A stretch of DNA of 64,000 bases, taken from the NCBI RefSeq assembly GCF_006345805.1, contig NC_043016.1:24056001-24120000 (forward strand). Reading direction: 5' to 3'. Numbering within the stretch: the first letter of the stretch is position 1; the number at the start of each line of letters is the position of its first letter. The position numbers and the translations under genes were made by a program. The DNA is from Octopus sinensis. Taxonomy: Eukaryota. Under the pieces are notes generated by a model, which was not told the origin of the DNA, did no database searches, and worked only from the letters and a program-made list of their open reading frames with translations. Shown piece by piece: positions 59,960 to 64,000 of the stretch.

Positions 59960-60105
59960 CTCCTCCTCCAAGTTATGGAGCATAGGCTGCAAACAAGAGA
60001 TTTCTGTTTGCTTCAATCTTTTGGCAATGGATTGCAGTTGTTCCCAAGTGTAGGTGTCTGTCAATGTTTCAGCTTCTGTGAACCTTCTCCATGTTGTTTT
60101 TGGTA
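59960..60105 (-). mobile_element. RTE-type LINE 3' end fragment
   Basis: TWRRFTEAETLTDTYTWEQLQSIAK resembles the RTE C-terminal TWRR...TW...A-x-DR pattern. Confidence 0.55.
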
Positions 60106-60122
60106 AAAAAAATATATATAGA

Positions 60123-60518
60123 CAGGAGTGACTGTGTAGTAAGTAGCTTGCTAACCAACCACATGGTTCCGGGTTCAGTCCCACTGCGAGGCATCTTGGG
60201 CAAGTGTCTTCTGCTATAGTACCGGGGCGACCAATGCCTTGTGAGTGGATTTGGCAGACGGAAACTGAAAGAAGCCTATCGTATATATGTATATATATAT
60301 ATATGTGTGTTTGTGTGTCTGTGTTTGTCCCCCTAGCATTGCTTGACAACCGATGCTGGTGTGTTTACGTCCCCGTCACTTAGCGGTTCAGCAAAAGAGA
60401 CCGATAGAATAAGTAGGGCTTACAAAGAATAAGCTCTGGGGTCGATTTGCTCGACTAAAGGTGGTGCTCCAGCATGGCCGCAGTCAAATGACTGAAACAA
60501 GTAAAAGAGTAAAAGAGA
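60123..60518 (+). mobile_element. SINE-A, full length
   Basis: Near consensus. Confidence 0.92.
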
Positions 60519-60528
60519 CTTAATATTT

Positions 60529-60918
60529 GTGGCTGTGTGGTAAGAAGCTTGCTTCCCAAAAAGTGTCTTCTGCTACAGCCCAGGTCAACCAAGTCTGTGA
60601 GTGGATTTGGTAGATGGAAACTAAAAGAAGCTTTTGTGTGTGTATAATATATGTGTATATATATATATATATATATAATATATATATATATATGTATGTA
60701 ATGTATGTATGTGTGTCTTTGTGTTTGTTTCCCCATCACTTCTTGACAACCAGTATTGGTGTGTTTCTGTCCCAATAACTTAGTGGTTTGGCAAAAGAGA
60801 CTGACAGGATAAGTACTAGGTTTAAAAAAAAGGTCCTGGGGTCGATTTGTTTGACTAAAACCCTTTGGGATAGTCCTCCAGCATGGCCGCAGTCAAATGA
60901 CTGAAACAAATAAAAGAA
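60529..60918 (+). mobile_element. SINE-A, older copy, head-to-tail behind 60123-60518
   Basis: Colinear with the consensus, with a deletion in the head region and CpG decay. Confidence 0.85.
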
Positions 60919-60984
60919 TAGACATCTGAAACCATTTTCCCTTGCACAAAGCCAAAGGAAAATTTTAAAATTCTCTCTCTCCCA

Positions 60985-61025
<41 letters not shown>

Positions 61026-61364
61026 ATCTAAATCTACATCAGATAAGAAACAGAAAATAGGTTAACTACTTTATACAGTGATAAGGTAATGTTTTATTAA
61101 TGACATGTGCCTAAATATTTCAAAAACATTCAGTTTGAAAGTGGCCTAAATTTTTTTTTTGTTTTAAATTTTTTCCTGCAATGTAAGTGGGATGAAAAGA
61201 GTATAACATGATTGGTTTGGCTCTTCTGACTTCACAAACAACTGCAACTGTGAAATTTTCAGGTGTTATTATAGTGAATATGCTGTTCTGTAGGAAGGTT
61301 TTCTAAATGCATTGGTAAAATACAACCTTGGCCAAAAGTATTAAGCTACCCCAATGTTTTGGGG

Positions 61365-61975
61365 ATATCGCAGGTGGTCAAGGATCCTACTGACATCCTG
61401 AAACTACAGAATGACCTGAACGCAATATACAAATGGGCTAATGTGTATAATATGCAGTTCAATGCTGTAAAATTTCAAGCACTCCACAAGTTGGCCCACA
61501 AACTTCAAGTTGGCCCACAAACCAACTACAACTGAAGTACACGGGACCAGCAGGCAATGTAATCTGAGAGTTAGAGTTGGTGCGTGACCTGGGAATCCAC
61601 ATGAGCAGCAACGCAACTTTCTATGTAAACATTGCTCAGGTGGCAACATTATGCAGGCAGGTGGTAGGTTGGATCCTTAGATCCTTCAGGACCAGAAACA
61701 GAGACACAATGCTTCTGCTTTGGAGAACCTTTGTCCTCAGTATTCTGGAGTACTGCTCCCAGTTGTGGTCCCTATAGAGTGTAAAAACTAATTGCAGAAC
61801 TAGAGGCGATCCAATGCCACTACACAAAGAAGATAGAATCAGTAAAATGCATGGGCTACTGGGTGAAGATGATGAACTGGAATTCTACTCCCTGGAGATG
61901 TGAGGGATACGCAGTGCTATATATATGGTAAATAATAATGGAGAGTCTAGCTCCAAATTTTGGAATTGAAATCTT
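61365..61975 (+). mobile_element. CR1-clade LINE RT C-terminal remnant
   Basis: LQNDLNAIYKWA, QFNAVKFQ, VRDLGIHMS, GWILRSFRTR...WRTFVLSILEYCSQLWS. Confidence 0.85.
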
Positions 61976-62154
61976 CCAGATGTATATTATGGCATATCTT
62001 TCACACCTATGCTCTAGGTAATAGAGTCTCAATCTCTTGAGTCTTTCCCAGTACTTACATGTGACATAGAGGCTATCTTCTTTGTGTAGCTTCGTTGGAT
62101 TGCCTCAAGTTCTGAAATTAATTTTGCACTGGTTGGGAACCATAGATGGGAGAA

Positions 62155-62440
62155 TTAGTCACAGTGGCTTAGGATAAATGTCCTCCAGAGGATCATCATG
62201 GTTTCTTGATTTCTCAATTTAAAAGTTCTAAGAATCCATCCAGTCAGTTGTCTGCATTTCATTGCCAACTTAGCAATTTGTACATGGAATGATGTATCAT
62301 TATTCATGGAAATGCCCAGGTCACACACTGACTGTGTCTCTGGGATTGCAATCCCTCCAAGTGCAGTGTATTTAGTGGGTATTGCAGTTAGTTTTGCATG
62401 CTGATAACATAGGACTTGAAACTTTTCAGCATTAAACAGC
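62155..62440 (-). mobile_element. CR1-clade LINE remnant, inverted relative to 61365-61975
   Basis: FNAEKFQVL...VCDLGISMNN...GWILRTFKLRNQETMMILWRTFILSH. Confidence 0.85.
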
Positions 62441-62520
62441 ACATAAATATATGTGTGTGTGGTGTGTGTATGTGTATGTAAGTATGTATATATGTAAGTA
62501 TGTATGTATATATGTAAGTA

Positions 62521-62558
<38 letters not shown>

Positions 62559-63235
62559 CGCATGTGTGTGTGTGTGTGTATTGCAGAGTCATTTCTGTCT
62601 TCAGCATGCTGAAACAAAGACATTTGAAATATGCCCCCAAATATAATTGATAGAACTGTATACATGTTCTCTCTTGTGAGGACATCTCATGTATAGTTCT
62701 GAAAATTATATTTTCCATGGTGGTCACAACGATGATTTGTGGACATTTACGTAATGTAAAAGGTAACAATGAAACCTAGGTATGTGACTTATCACTAAAT
62801 TTTGTATCTTTTCATTTGTCTTGCTTGCTTTACATTCTAGTGTTTGCCGAAATTTCTTGAGAACAATTTTTCTTAGTGGTCTGACCATATGGGGTCTACC
62901 TTTAGCATAATAGGAATCTACCTAGTGGTCATTCCTCTTATATGTATGTTATATATATATATGTATATATATATATGTATATATATATGTTTATATATTC
63001 ATTTTGCAAGATTCTTGATGTGAAACAGATATTGTTGCATTTGGGGACGGTCATGTTGCCAGTTTAACCAATGAAAATACACGCACTTTATATTTAGTGT
63101 TCATCCCCCCCACACACACACACCACAAACTATGACAGAACAAGATTCCCATAAACTGATAATAATATGAAGCTAATACCACACACAGATAAATAAAAGG
63201 AATTAGATAATTATATACATAAACAGGTGCAATAG

Positions 63236-63650
63236 GTGCAGGAGGGGCTGTGTGGTAAGTAGCTTGCTAACCAACCACATAATTCCGGGTTCAGTCCCAC
63301 GGCGTGGCATCTTGGGCAAGTGTCTTCTGCTATTGCCCCGGGCCGACCAATGCCTTGTGAGTGGATTTGGTAGATGGAAACTGAAAGAAGCCTGTCGTGT
63401 ATATGTATATATATATATATATGTATGTGTGTGTATGTGTTTGTGTGTCTGTGTTTGTCCCCCTAGCATTGCTTGACAACCGATGCTGGTGTGTTTACGT
63501 CCCCGTCACTTAGCGGTTCGGCAAAAGAGACCGATAGAATAAGTACTGGGCTTACAAAGAATAAGTCCCAGGGTCGATTTGCTCGACTAGAGGCGGTGCT
63601 CCAGCATGGCCGCAGTCACATGTCTGAAACAAGTAAAAGAGTAAAAGAGT
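63236..63650 (+). mobile_element. SINE-A, full length (used as the reference copy)
   Basis: A-box-like GGCTGTGTGG, B-box-like GGTTCAGTCCC, CATCTTGGGCAAGTG core-like block, central microsatellite, shared core and stem-loop tail. Confidence 0.92.
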
Positions 63651-64000
63651 AATAAACAAAATAAATTAAATTAAATTAATACAAAAAAAAGAAAGTTATA
63701 AAAAAGTAAGTAGATAAAAACAAATGAATAAGATAAATAAAAGTAAATTAAACGCGCGTGAATAAACAGGGGATACTGATAATGCAGGTACCATTCACAT
63801 TCCCACTCACACACTTACTAAACATAGATACACACAGGGATATACACGCACACAAACAAAGACACACAAGGATATATGCATGTGCAGATAATGACACATA
63901 CAACTGGAATACAAAATGGCAGATTGTTAGTAAGGGAAAACAAAAAAAAGAAAGAGGAAAGCAAAGGACCACTGATGAGGTCACAGTAGTGTGACGAAAG

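Overview
This is AT-rich, repeat-saturated eukaryotic genomic DNA, most likely an Octopus scaffold. That assignment is an inference from the tRNA-derived SINE families, the LINE repertoire and the abundant (TATG)n/(CA)n/(GATA)n/(TAA)n microsatellites. No host protein-coding gene can be identified with confidence. Almost all ORFs in the track are microsatellite read-throughs or transposon remnants. Recognisable content: three tRNA-headed SINE families (called A, B and C here); LINE remnants of the Tx1/L1, CR1, RTE and R4/Dong clades; a Penelope-like element (RT plus GIY-YIG); a Gypsy gag-protease remnant; Tc1, mariner, Tigger and hAT-type DNA transposon relics; several fold-back palindromes; three hammerhead-ribozyme-like motifs; and a 100-N scaffold gap at 54091-54190. 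Background CpG looks depleted at 1-11.2 kb and 54.2-64 kb and retained in between (judged by eye, not counted). The most interesting signals are: (i) SINE-B shares a 42-nt 3' tail (37/42 identical) with a Tx1-clade LINE whose free 3' ends run into (TCTA)n; (ii) SINE-A has a CR1-type stem-loop tail; (iii) variant minimal hammerhead motifs; (iv) recurrent fold-back structures, one with two divergent tRNA-like units; (v) a same-strand cluster of (TAA)n-tailed retroelements. Boundaries are approximate unless a TSD or TIR is quoted.
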